64,000 bases of DNA, taken from NCBI GenBank assembly GCA_963720715.1, contig CAVRGM010000001.1:419429-483428 (forward strand), given 5' to 3'. This stretch comes from an uncultured Chloroflexia bacterium (GTDB lineage: Bacteria > Chloroflexota > Limnocylindria > Limnocylindrales > CSP1-4). Positions 1-9,458 of this stretch are shown here, piece after piece. The position numbers were made by a program, and so were the translations under genes. The notes beneath the pieces are model-generated. The model was not told the origin of the DNA and made no database searches. It saw nothing but the letters and a program-made list of their open reading frames with translations. Each line of letters opens with the position of its first letter. The first letter of the stretch is position 1.

Positions 1-2129
1 CTGCTGGGACCGGCCGGAGGGGTGGCAGCGCCCCAGGAAACGTTCTGGGCCATCAGAAAGACATTCGAGGCCATCGCCCGCGTTCGGCCGCTGATCCTGG
101 TTTTCGACGATATCCACTGGGGTCAGCCGACATTCCTTGATCTCGTCGATCACATCGCCGACTGGACCCGGGACGCACCGATCCTCCTGATCGCGATGAC
201 GCGGGCGGAGCTGCTGGAACAGCGCCCGGGATGGGGAGGTGGCAAGCGCTGGGTCACGACCATCTCCCTCGAGCCGCTTTCCGAGGCCGAGAGCGACGAG
301 CTGGTGGACGGTTTGCTTGGACGGACCGACATGCCGGCCCGGCTCCGAGAGCAGATCCGGAACGCGGCCGAGGGTAACCCGCTGTTCGTCGAAGAACTGC
401 TCGGCAAGCTCATCGACGACGGTTTCATCCTGCCGCTGGGCGACGGCTGGTCCATCCCGTCGGTCGCAACCTCACTAGTTATCCCACCGACGATCCATGC
501 GCTCCTGGCAGCTCGGTTGGACGGGCTCAATGGCGAGGAGCGAGCCGTCATCGAACGTGCCGCGATCGAAGGCAAGGTCTTCCACCGGGGGGCGGTCGCG
601 GCGCTGACAGCAGAAGCCTTCCGCTCCGGGGTGGGACCTCGGTTGGCCAGCCTCATGCGGATGGAATTGGTCCGACCAGACGTTGCGAAGTTCGCGGGGG
701 AGGAGGCGTACCACTTCCGACACCTCCTGATCCGCGATGCCGCGTATCAGGCGCTCGCCAAGCAGACCCGATCTGAGCTCCACGAGCAGTACGCTGACTG
801 GCTCCAACTCGCGTCCCGAGAACGTCGATACGAGTACACCGAGATCATCGGCTATCACCTTGAGCAGGCGTACCGATATCGCCTCGAGCTCGGCCATCCC
901 GATCGCGCAGCAGGAGCGCTCGCGGTGAGAGCCGGCGACCTGCTGGCAGACGCCGGCCGACGCGCGCTCCGGCGGGGTGACCGGCGGCGGCCGTGGACTC
1001 CTCGAGCGGGCGGTCCGTCTGCTTCCGGAGGAGCGGGCGCGCGAGCAACGGCTCAAGGTCGGGCTCGGAAAGGCGCTCTATGACGCTGGCGAACCGCCAG
1101 AGCCGAAACCCTCCTGGTCGAGGCAGTGACGGAGGCGGATCGGGCGGGCGACGAAGGCGCCGGTGCGCTGGCCGCCGCGTTTCTCGTGGTCGTCAGGTCG
1201 TCGACTCGATCGACAGCGTTGGCCGAGACGGCGAGCGAATCGATCGTTTGTCGAGCGTCCTCGCCCGCACCGGCGACCTCGCCGGCGCCCGACTGACCCG
1301 ATCGATGGGAGCCTTCGCCCTCTTCGCGCAAGGACGCGCTGGTGCGGCGGCGGACATCGCCGGGGAGCTCATCGAGCCGGGTCCATCCGACGAGGAGTGG
1401 TACGACGAAGCTCGCATAACGTGGGGCGTCGCAGCGGTCTCGGACCGACCCCGATCGACGAGGCGATCGCAGCCATCGAGTCGCATATGGATGGATCCCG
1501 AGCGTCATCAATCGGCGCCGGCCCACTGACGGCGATCAGCCGACTGCGGTCGCTGCAGGGGCACTTCGGGGAGGCACGTGAGCTCCTCATCGAAGCCAGG
1601 CGGCCTTCGAAGAGCTCGGGAACGCCATCGGTTGGCGGGGCTGATGGATGGCGAAAGTCAGATCGCACATCTCGCTGGCGACCTCGAGTCCGCTCGCCAG
1701 TCGGGGTCCGCCGCCTTCGAGGCGATGACGGCGACGGGCGATCGGTCGTTCGCGTCCACCTTCGCGGTCAACCTCGGTCGAGTATTGGTCGATCTCGGCC
1801 ACCTCGATGACGCCTGGCGCTACGGGGCGATCGCTCAGGACGATTTGTCGAGTGACGACGTGATCTCCCAGGCCGGTGGTCGGGCCGTGCGGGCGCGCGT
1901 CTCTCCAGTCGCGACGAGAACGCTCAGGCCATCCTCCTGGCGCGAGAAGCTGAAATCCATGATGGCGGTCACTGACTACCTCGTCGAGCACGGCCAGGCG
2001 CTCGAAGACCTTGCCCACGTCCTGCACGCGGCCGGCGAACGGGAGGAGGCGATCACGGTCGCCGATGCTGCGGCAGGTCTCTACGAGGCAAAGGGGGCCA
2101 CCTTCCTCGCGGATCGAGCCAGGCGGTGA
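1..2129 (+). pseudogene. STAND/AAA-ATPase + TPR signal-transduction protein (large ATPase family associated with adenylate-cyclase/LuxR regulators); 5' end outside the window, reading frame broken many times
   Basis: ORF 22..1083 reads ...LILVFDDIHWGQPTFLDLVDHI...AEGNPLFVEELL...IHALLAARLD, typical of these ATPases. The TPR-like C-terminal part continues as protein-like pieces in alternating frames, with switches near 975, 995, 1095, 1195, 1440, 1598, 1641, 1893 and 1955. It ends ...AAAGLYEAKGATFLADRARR at 2129. Confidence 0.6.
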
Positions 2130-2210
2130 GCGCGGACTGGACGGAGTGACCCGAGCGCAACAGGCTAGGTGGTGCCGCGGGCTGTCCACGCGAGTGCTTC
2201 GAAGACTTGA

Positions 2211-2975
2211 TCAGCCGGCGGTCCGGCCGCGGGCTGCCCACGCCCGCGCCTCGATCACGAACGGTGGATCGGGCAGCGACCGCCGACATGCCTCACGCAA
2301 TCCGGCCTGGCGTTCCGGGTCGAGACTCTCGACGTAGGCGCCCGCTGGTCCAACGCCGGCGGTGTACGGCTCCCACCACGCCTCGAAGGTCTGATGTTCG
2401 AGGTCGGCCGTGATCGACGTGCCTTCGATGTCATCCAGCCCTGCGGCCTCGAACAGGGATTCGAGTTGGCCCGCGCCGGTGCCCGCCATCAGCGACTCGT
2501 CACGGACGTCCGCATCGAACGTATGAGCCGCCTGCCAGAACCGGCTCAGCGGGCCGTTGCCGCCGGCATGGTCCCAGACACAGGCCACGACCACGCCGTT
2601 CGGCTTCGTCACGCGGGCCATCTCGCGGAGCCCTGCGACAGGATCGACCATGAAATGGACCACCAGCTGGGCGAGGGCGGCATCGAACGTGTCGTCCGGG
2701 AACGGCAATCGCTCGGCCGAGGCTCGGCGGACATCCGCGCCCGGGTGGCGAGCTTGGGCGGCCCGGACGAACGGCTCGGATGGGTCGACGGCGGACACAG
2801 CCGCTGCCCCGAGTCGAAGCGTGAGCTCGGTCGTCAATGAGCCGGGGCCGCAACCGACATCCAGCGCTCGCTGACCGGGCCGCAGCCCCGCCAGGTCGGC
2901 CATCCGCGGCGCGAGGAGCACCGAATACCTGCCCATGAACCGGTCGTATGCGTCGGCGGAGACATCGAATCCCAT
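2211..2975 (-). CDS. class I SAM-dependent methyltransferase
   Basis: MGFDVSADAYDRFMGRYS...RALDVGCGPGSLT (SAM motif I)...AERLPFPDDTFDAALAQLVVHF. The ATG at 2975 overlaps the upstream gene's stop (TGATG). Confidence 0.8.
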   Translation of the reverse strand: MGFDVSADAYDRFMGRYSVLLAPRMADLAGLRPGQRALDVGCGPGSLTTELTLRLGAAAVSAVDPSEPFVRAAQARHPGADVRRASAERLPFPDDTFDAALAQLVVHFMVDPVAGLREMARVTKPNGVVVACVWDHAGGNGPLSRFWQAAHTFDADVRDESLMAGTGAGQLESLFEAAGLDDIEGTSITADLEHQTFEAWWEPYTAGVGPAGAYVESLDPERQAGLREACRRSLPDPPFVIEARAWAARGRTAG

Positions 2976-3634
2976 CAGCAGGGAGCCTCCGGAGTCGGTC
3001 CGGCGGCGATGCGCTCGAGCCACGGATGTGCCGCATCGATCCGGATGACCGCAGCGGCCAGGACCGCTCGAGCCTCCGCGGTCATGCTTGGGAGGGTGGC
3101 CTCGAGGTCTGCGTCGTCGTGCCGAACCAGGTTGCGAGCCTTGAATGCCAGGACCAGTTCTGGACGCAGGTATCTGACGCTGTCCGTGCCGACGAAGACC
3201 GCATCGTCAAGTGGGACCGCCAGCTGGTCGTCGAGGGGCGAAACCCATTCGTCACCGTCCCCCGGCGTCATCGCGAGGTCGATCAGCCAGGGCGTGCCTC
3301 CGTCCCGTCGCACCCACAGCTGGCGGCATCCCTCGAGCAAGTCCTCGGCTCGCTTGAGCGGACGGAGGGTCCCGCCCAGGTTCGACCAGACGCAATAGTC
3401 GGGCGCAAACACATCCAGCACGGCCGGCAGGTCCGCCCTGAAGAACCCGATGTCGATGTCGTCATGCTCCCGGTGCCGACCGCTGAACGCGTCGATCGCC
3501 CAGCCGCCGACGATCCACCACGGTGCCTGCAGGCCACGCATGATGCCCGCCACCTCACCGGGTGTCGGGGACGTCCACGGTCCGTACCAGCGGTAGAACT
3601 CCCGGTCCTCGGCGGATGTCGTCATGGCCGGCAT
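2975..3634 (-). CDS. nucleotidyltransferase-fold protein, ANT(2'')-like
   Basis: WWIVGGWAIDAFSGRHREHDDIDIGFF motif (GG..D....H.DIDI). Start MPAMTTS at 3634 with GAGG 7 nt upstream. The upstream part of ORF 2975..3892 is not protein-like. Confidence 0.65.
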   Translation of the reverse strand: MPAMTTSAEDREFYRWYGPWTSPTPGEVAGIMRGLQAPWWIVGGWAIDAFSGRHREHDDIDIGFFRADLPAVLDVFAPDYCVWSNLGGTLRPLKRAEDLLEGCRQLWVRRDGGTPWLIDLAMTPGDGDEWVSPLDDQLAVPLDDAVFVGTDSVRYLRPELVLAFKARNLVRHDDADLEATLPSMTAEARAVLAAAVIRIDAAHPWLERIAAGPTPEAPC

Positions 3635-3664
3635 CGTCGCACCTCGCGGGTCATGGCGCTCTCG

Positions 3665-3670
3665 TACACT
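3665..3670 (+). promoter_or_regulatory. -10-like hexamer TACACT, 6 nt before ATG 3677 (leaderless-type start)
   Basis: TANNNT hexamer at fixed spacing; part of a recurrent pattern in this window. Confidence 0.4.
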
Positions 3671-3676
3671 CGCGAG

Positions 3677-4768
3677 ATGCCAACAGACGGACCCCGCCGC
3701 CTCGTCATCCTCGCCGAGGGCGCCTTCGGGCCCCACGATGGCAAAACGGCCTATGGGGTCATCCGGTACGGCCCCGACGAGGTCGTCGCGGTCCTCGACT
3801 CGACCAAGGCGGGTCAGAACGTGACCGCCTACCTGCCCGGCCACGACATCCCCATCCTGGCCACGCTCGGCGAGGCCCTCGCACACCCGCATCCGCCGAC
3901 CGCGCTGCTCATCGGGATCGCGCCGACCGGCGGTCGATTGCCGCAGGCCTGGCGAGGCGTGATCCTCGAGGCGATCGAGGCGGGTCTCGACATCCTGTCA
4001 GGACTGCACATGTTCATCGGCGACGACCCCGAGTTCGCGGCGGCGGCCAGCGTTCGGGGCACAAAGATCGTCGATCATCGACGGCCCCCGGAGCAGCTTT
4101 CGACTGCCGTTGGCCGCCGGCATGGTCCGGGCAAGCGGGTGATCCTGACCGTCGCCACGGATTGCGCCGTCGGCAAGATGTCGGTAGCGCTCGAGCTTCG
4201 TCGAGCCGCCGAGGCGGCCGGCGATCGAACCGCGTTCGTGGCGACCGGCCAGACCGGGATGATGATCGAGGGCTGGGGCGTCGCCGTCGACAGGCTCATC
4301 AGCGACTTCGCCCAGGGTGTCGTGGAATCGCTCGTCGAGGAAGGGGAGCGCCGAGGGGATTGGGTCTTCGTCGAGGGCCAGGGCTCGCTCGATCACCCAG
4401 CCTATTCGTCGGTGACCCTGTCGCTCATCCACGGGGCGACGCCACAGGCGATGGTCATGGTCCACAAGCCAGGCCTGGCCGAGCACGACTTCGACCACTT
4501 GCCGGAGGCATCCTTCCCGATCGCGGCGCTGCCTCCGTTCATCTCTCTCCACGAACAGGTGGCCCGGCTCGTTGCGCCGTCACAGGTGGTCGCCGTCGCG
4601 CTCAACACCTCGCTCTATCCCGACGATGCCGATGCCCGAAGGGTCGTCGACGAGATCGCCCAGGAGACCGGGCTACCGACCGACGATCCGTTCCGGTTCG
4701 GGCCGGAGCCGTTATGGGCGGCCATCCGCGAGCGCGTCGATGCGCTGCCCTGGGTCGTCGCCGGATGA
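3677..4768 (+). CDS. DUF1611 family protein (DgcN-like putative D-glutamate N-acetyltransferase)
   Basis: MPTDGPRRLVILAEGAFGPHDGKTAYGVIRY...VATDCAVGKMSVALEL...VEGQGSLDHPAYSSVTLSLIHGA. The long N-terminal extension of ORF 2948..4768 is Arg/Pro-rich noise. An alternative ATG lies at 3653. Confidence 0.85.
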   Translation: MPTDGPRRLVILAEGAFGPHDGKTAYGVIRYGPDEVVAVLDSTKAGQNVTAYLPGHDIPILATLGEALAHPHPPTALLIGIAPTGGRLPQAWRGVILEAIEAGLDILSGLHMFIGDDPEFAAAASVRGTKIVDHRRPPEQLSTAVGRRHGPGKRVILTVATDCAVGKMSVALELRRAAEAAGDRTAFVATGQTGMMIEGWGVAVDRLISDFAQGVVESLVEEGERRGDWVFVEGQGSLDHPAYSSVTLSLIHGATPQAMVMVHKPGLAEHDFDHLPEASFPIAALPPFISLHEQVARLVAPSQVVAVALNTSLYPDDADARRVVDEIAQETGLPTDDPFRFGPEPLWAAIRERVDALPWVVAG

Positions 4769-5829
4769 GCCTCCACCTCAGCCACGAGGTCCTTCGCCTG
4801 GGGCTCCGAGATCCATTCCGGATCGCTCGCTCGGACCATGGCAGCAACGAGGATGTCGTGACGACGGTCCTGGTCGAGCTGACTGACGATCGATACCCGG
4901 GGGTCGTCGGTGTCGGCGAAGGGTATCCGGACCGCTATTACGGCGAGACCCCGGAGACGATGGCGGCCGTCTTCCCGGATCTTCTGGCTGTGGTCGAAAC
5001 GGCGAGGCTCGAGGTCGACGAGGGCGGAGAGGGCCTGGCCCGGATCGGGCGATCGATGGCGGATTCGATCCGCTGGAACGGGGCGGCTCGTTGCGCCGTC
5101 GACATCGCCCTGCATGACCTGGTCGGCAAGGTGCTGGGGCGTCCGGTCCATGACCTCATCGGTCTGCCTGCCGAGATCCCGCCGACCGACTTCACGATCG
5201 GCATCGACGACCCCGAGATCGTCGCGCAACGTGCGGCGCGGGCGGCCGACTTCCCCGCGCTGAAGATCAAGCTGGGCGGGCCACAGGATCTTGCCACGCT
5301 GCGTGCCGTCCGGGCCGTCTTCAGCGGGCCGATCCGGGTGGATGCCAACACCGGCTGGACGCGCGACGACGCCGAGCGACTGCTCCCCGAAGTGGTCGAC
5401 CTGGGCGTGGAGCTGATCGAACAGCCGTTCGCGGCTCGAGCGTACCGAGACCTCGGCTGGCTCCAGGAGCGCTCGCCGATCCCGATCGTGGCCGACGAGA
5501 GTGCGGTCGTCGACGAGGATCTCGACGCACTGCTCGGGGTCGTCGAAGGCGTCAACGTCAAGCTCGCCAAGTGTGGCGGCATCGCGCCGGCCCGAGCCAT
5601 GCTCGATCGGGCCGTGGCGCTCGGCTTCCGAACGTTCCTTGGCTGCATGGAGGAGACCTCGGTCGGGATCGCCGGGTCAGCGGCGGTCGCCTCACTCGCC
5701 GAATGGGTCGATCTCGATGGCTGCCTCCTGTTGGCCGACGACCCCTTCACCGGTCTGGAACTCGATGGCGGACATCGCTGGATCCTGGCTGACCGAGGCG
5801 GCCTCGGACTGGTCCGACAGTCGTCGTAG
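4765..5829 (+). CDS. enolase-superfamily dipeptide epimerase / N-acyl-amino-acid racemase (DgcA-like)
   Basis: ...AARCAVDIALHDLVGKVLGRPVHDLIG...ALKIKLG...IRVDANTGW...ELIEQPF...IVADES...VNVKLAKCGG. ATGA overlap with the upstream gene. Confidence 0.85.
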   Translation: MSLHLSHEVLRLGLRDPFRIARSDHGSNEDVVTTVLVELTDDRYPGVVGVGEGYPDRYYGETPETMAAVFPDLLAVVETARLEVDEGGEGLARIGRSMADSIRWNGAARCAVDIALHDLVGKVLGRPVHDLIGLPAEIPPTDFTIGIDDPEIVAQRAARAADFPALKIKLGGPQDLATLRAVRAVFSGPIRVDANTGWTRDDAERLLPEVVDLGVELIEQPFAARAYRDLGWLQERSPIPIVADESAVVDEDLDALLGVVEGVNVKLAKCGGIAPARAMLDRAVALGFRTFLGCMEETSVGIAGSAAVASLAEWVDLDGCLLLADDPFTGLELDGGHRWILADRGGLGLVRQSS

Positions 5830-5852
5830 GCCGGTCGTGCACGGACCGCACG

Positions 5853-5878
5853 GGCGTTCGGCGAACGCCTGTTCGTGT
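5853..5878 (+). terminator. candidate intrinsic terminator after the epimerase gene
   Basis: Hairpin ggcgttc-ggc-gaacgcc (7 bp stem) followed by tgttcgtgt. Confidence 0.35.
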
Positions 5879-6077
5879 GGATAAGTTGGTGGATGAACTG
5901 GTGGACAAGCCCCCTACCGGCCCGCCGCCGGACGCCCTACGATAGTCGCTCACCGGTCGGCCGAGGCCCCGAGGAGGCTGGCCACCGGGGTCCATGAACC
6001 GCGTCCGGTCGTCGGGCCGCCCGTCCGATCTGCCGGTCCGTGGTTTCGTATTGCCTGGAAAGGAGGGCACGCCATCG

Positions 6078-6488
6078 ATGGATCCTCGCACCGCCGCCCC
6101 GGGGAGCCCAGACCCCGATGCCGTCGAATTCGTGCGGTTCTGCTACCGCCGTCGACGAGTCGGCTGGCCGGAGCTGTACGACGAGATGTGCGCCGTGGCC
6201 AATCGTGGCCTGTTTCGTGGATTCGATGCAGATGACCTGTCGTCGATCGGCATCGGGTTCTGCCTGTTCGACATGCCGGCCCTGGCCGTTCTGGCTCGAC
6301 GCGTCGTCGCCGAGGAGCACGCCATGCGTCGACCTGTCGCCGTCATGATCGAGCCCGGAACGGCCGTGGTCGCTGTCGAGACGGCGCCGTCCCTCTCCGC
6401 CGAGGCCGGAGCGGAGCCCGACCGTCGACCGTCCGACGCCTCGTTCGATGTCCCGGTCCGGCTGCGGATGGTCCCCACGCCAGCCTGA
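6078..6488 (+). CDS. hypothetical protein
   Basis: GGAGG (6062-6066) precedes ATG 6078. MDPRTAAPG...AVEFVRFCYRRRRVGWPELYDEMCAVANRGLFRGF... is protein-like but I do not recognise the family. Confidence 0.5.
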   Translation: MDPRTAAPGSPDPDAVEFVRFCYRRRRVGWPELYDEMCAVANRGLFRGFDADDLSSIGIGFCLFDMPALAVLARRVVAEEHAMRRPVAVMIEPGTAVVAVETAPSLSAEAGAEPDRRPSDASFDVPVRLRMVPTPA

Positions 6489-6574
6489 CGCCCGAGATCT
6501 TCTTGCCGTCGTATCGACGGACTGACGAACCCCCGCTCCCGAGCGGGGGTTCTCGATTCTGTGGCGGCCTTCGG

Positions 6575-6811
6575 TCAGGCGCGGATCCGGCGCCTCGCCA
6601 TCTCGCCTTCGATCTGTCGCTCCGCCTCGACGTACCGATCGATCTGCTCGCGCAGCTGATTGGCCTCCGGCGTGTACAGATGCACCTGCTGCTGGAGGAT
6701 GTACGACAGCCGACGGCTGGTCATGCGCACGTGGTCGAGGTTCTTCATCAGCACGAGCGGATCCATCGATGCCAGGTCCGACGGGTGATACATCTGTTGC
6801 ATGCCGAGCAT
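6575..6811 (-). CDS. hypothetical small helical protein (78 aa), coupled to the upstream DNA methyltransferase
   Basis: MLGMQQMYHPSDLASMDPLVLMKNLDHVRMTSRRLSYILQQQVHLYTPEANQLREQIDRYVEAERQIEGEMARRRIRA. ATG 6811 lies 1 nt after the methyltransferase stop (TAG 6815-6813). Confidence 0.5.
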   Translation of the reverse strand: MLGMQQMYHPSDLASMDPLVLMKNLDHVRMTSRRLSYILQQQVHLYTPEANQLREQIDRYVEAERQIEGEMARRRIRA

Positions 6812-6812
6812 T

Positions 6813-8207
6813 CTAGAGTGAGCGGAGACCCCTCGGCGGCCACGTCCAGTCGACATCGAGCGGTGCGGACGCGAGGGCGCGTCGACGGCCCGCCTCCGTG
6901 GCACCGAGGACGAGGATCCGGTCGGTCTTCGTCGCCCGTCCGGCTTCGTCGCCCCAGAGTTTTGTCATCTTGCGATCGGCCGCGATGGCGTCGAGCGCGA
7001 CGCCCGCCAACTTGAAGCCTTCCGGCTGGGCCGCAGCCTCCCAGACACGTCCGGCCAGATCCATGCCGCCCTGGATCCGACGGCCCCGATCGGTCTCGAC
7101 ATCGCCGATGACGAGGACGACGACCGCATCGTCGGCCAGGACCGGGCGAAGACCGCCGAGCACGTCACGCAGGAACGCCAGATACGGCTCGCGATGATGT
7201 GCGTCGTCAAGAGCGGCATCGATGGCGTGTGCATCGAACCCGAGGAACCAGGTCCGCAACCAGTTGTAGTAGCCGTACTTGACGACGCGTAGATAGGGTG
7301 GCGAGCTCACGACCAGCCGCGCGCGATCCGGCAGGCCGCTCGCCCGCAGGGCGGTCTGCGCACGGAGCGCGAGATCGCGGGCATCTCCGAGCAGGGCGAT
7401 CCCCTCGCGAGCTGGCGGCGTCTGTCGGAAGAGTCGGTCGAGCTTCTTCGAAAGGCCGTCGAATACGTCGCGTTCCGGCGAGCTGAACGCGGTCCGGGCG
7501 GCGAAGTCGCGAACGTAGCGCGGGGCCATGGAGAACGTGTTGGGCATCAGTTCGGACAGGTAGCTCGCGCTCTTGCCGTGGAGGATGCCGGTCAATGCGG
7601 CGGCCAGAAACCGGTCCGTGCGGTCATCGAGCTGGAGCGTCGTCCGGACGAACAGGAGTTGCCCGAGCGTGCGGGGATGGAAGGCCAGCGCCACCTCGAC
7701 CGGGACGGACTCGATCCCGACGGCGGCGGAGCTTCGTGAGCCAGCCCCGGGAATGCGGCTCTCCGGCCCGGTGGGATCGGCCGACACGCGAGCTGCAAGC
7801 TGTAGCCAGTCTGGCGAGGCGCCATTCCAGGCCAACCGAAGCTGGGCGAGGCGGGTCGCGGTCTGGGCTCTGGTCGCGGGCTCGACCTTGGCGGCGGTGA
7901 GCAGATGGGCGAACGGATTGAGGTCGTTGCCCAAACCGATCCGGCCCTCGGCGCACGCCTGGAGGGCCGTCGTGCCCCGCCCCGAGAACGGATCGATGAC
8001 CACGTCCCCGGGCCGCGAGTAACGGGCGATGAATGCGTGGGTCAGGGACGCTGGGAAGCTCGCGAGATAGGAGCACATCGGGTGGAACGCGTGGCCCCAC
8101 AGCCGCTGCTGATCCTTCCACTCCGGCGCGAGGTCGATGACGGGCAGCGTCGCGGGCAGCTCGAGCGCGAGCTGACCATCGGTCGGATTCACCGGACGAG
8201 CCGACAT
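6813..8207 (-). CDS. site-specific DNA methyltransferase (N4-C/N6-A type, SPPY motif)
   Basis: SAM motif VIDPFSGRGTT near the N-terminus; catalytic motif VVSSPPYL about 240 aa later (motif I before motif IV). I recognised no adjacent restriction endonuclease. Confidence 0.8.
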   Translation of the reverse strand: MSARPVNPTDGQLALELPATLPVIDLAPEWKDQQRLWGHAFHPMCSYLASFPASLTHAFIARYSRPGDVVIDPFSGRGTTALQACAEGRIGLGNDLNPFAHLLTAAKVEPATRAQTATRLAQLRLAWNGASPDWLQLAARVSADPTGPESRIPGAGSRSSAAVGIESVPVEVALAFHPRTLGQLLFVRTTLQLDDRTDRFLAAALTGILHGKSASYLSELMPNTFSMAPRYVRDFAARTAFSSPERDVFDGLSKKLDRLFRQTPPAREGIALLGDARDLALRAQTALRASGLPDRARLVVSSPPYLRVVKYGYYNWLRTWFLGFDAHAIDAALDDAHHREPYLAFLRDVLGGLRPVLADDAVVVLVIGDVETDRGRRIQGGMDLAGRVWEAAAQPEGFKLAGVALDAIAADRKMTKLWGDEAGRATKTDRILVLGATEAGRRRALASAPLDVDWTWPPRGLRSL

Positions 8208-8307
8208 CGGACGGTCCCGGACCTCCCTGGGCCACGCGCCGATCCCGGTCGGTGCGATGGGGCGCGGAGTGTAGCACGCTCGAATCGTGGGCTAGACTCG
8301 GGGCCAC

Positions 8308-8383
8308 GTCCCCGTAGCTCAGCGGACAGAGCAGCCGCCTTCTAAGCGGAAGGTCGCAGGTTCGAATCCTGCCGGGGGCGCCA
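8308..8383 (+). tRNA. tRNA-Arg (anticodon TCT), CCA encoded
   Basis: Manual cloverleaf: acceptor gtccccg/cgggggc, D stem gctc/gagc, anticodon loop ctTCTaa, T arm gcagg-ttcgaat-cctgc, discriminator g + cca. Confidence 0.9.
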
Positions 8384-8474
8384 CGTCACCTGATCGCAGC
8401 GCATTGCCCCGGACCACCCTGCGTCGTACCATCGGGCGGCCAGGGTATCGAATCAGAGATCGTGGGAGCGCGAA

Positions 8475-9449
8475 ATGACCGATCACGAGTCCGATAACCA
8501 GCCGATGGATGCGGCGGCGCCGGCGGCCGACGTCACCGACGCCACTGAGGCGGACCCGGGGATCGAGCGGCCTCCTTCGTTCCTGGCCGATCTTGCTCGT
8601 GCCATGCAGTCGACGGCGGTGGCCGAGCAGGCCCGTGATGCTGAGCTGACCGCCCAGCGGCGTCAGGGACATATCGACGGGATCCGTGCGCGCGAGGCGA
8701 TCGAGGCAGACCAGCTGCGCGAGTTGGCCAAGGAAGACGTGGCCGCCATCGACGCCTGGTCCGACGGCGAGATCAGGCGGATCAAGCTCGAGCGGGAGCG
8801 TCGCATCTCCGATCGACGCGACCAGCTCCAGCTCCGGCTGGAGGAGCACCGCCAGGTCATCGGTCGCGAGGTCGATGCAGTCGAAGCCGCCGTCGGGGCG
8901 TATCGCGAGGAGACCGATCAGTTCTTTTCCCGCCTCGGGTCCGAGACCGACCCGGTCGAGATCGCCCGGCAGGCAGGGACACGACCCGGTTTCCCCATCC
9001 TCGAGCTCATCGGTCCGGAAGATGCGCCAGTGGATTCATCCGCCGTCGATGCGGAGGTACCGGAGGCGGTCGAAACACCGGCCACGACCGACGTGTCCGA
9101 AACGCCGGCCGAGTCGATCGCTGACGCGCCGGCCGCACCACCGGTCGACGGCCCGACCGACGATCGGCTGATCGGGGTGATGGATGGCGGGTCACCGACG
9201 GGGGTGCCGACGTCTTCGTGGCCACCGCCGGTCGTGGCCGAGCCGGCCCCGATCGCCGAGCCGGCGCCAACCGTCGAGACGGCCCCTGTCGCGTCGCCCG
9301 TGGGCGCCCCTGAGCGTTCGACGGAACAGGGATCATCCGACACGTCTGCCGACGGTGCCGAGGTTCGCGGTGTCGTCCCGAGGACCGGTGCCGGCTCGTG
9401 GCTCCGTTGGCCGAACAGCTCGCCAGATCGCCCCGACTCGGATCGATAG
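8475..9449 (+). CDS. hypothetical coiled-coil protein with Pro/Ala-rich C-terminal region
   Basis: GGGAG 7 nt before the ATG. Charged heptad-like segment (AREAIEADQLRELAKEDVAAIDAWSDGEIRRIKLERERRISDRRDQLQLRLEEH), then AEPAP-type repeats. Confidence 0.55.
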   Translation: MTDHESDNQPMDAAAPAADVTDATEADPGIERPPSFLADLARAMQSTAVAEQARDAELTAQRRQGHIDGIRAREAIEADQLRELAKEDVAAIDAWSDGEIRRIKLERERRISDRRDQLQLRLEEHRQVIGREVDAVEAAVGAYREETDQFFSRLGSETDPVEIARQAGTRPGFPILELIGPEDAPVDSSAVDAEVPEAVETPATTDVSETPAESIADAPAAPPVDGPTDDRLIGVMDGGSPTGVPTSSWPPPVVAEPAPIAEPAPTVETAPVASPVGAPERSTEQGSSDTSADGAEVRGVVPRTGAGSWLRWPNSSPDRPDSDR

Positions 9450-9458
9450 CGCTTGCGG

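Noticed and set aside
8208-8307. Promoter for tRNA-Arg (tagact about 12 nt upstream of the mature 5' end).
   Set aside because: It is plausible, but it rests on a single hexamer with no clear -35, so it was left out of the feature list.
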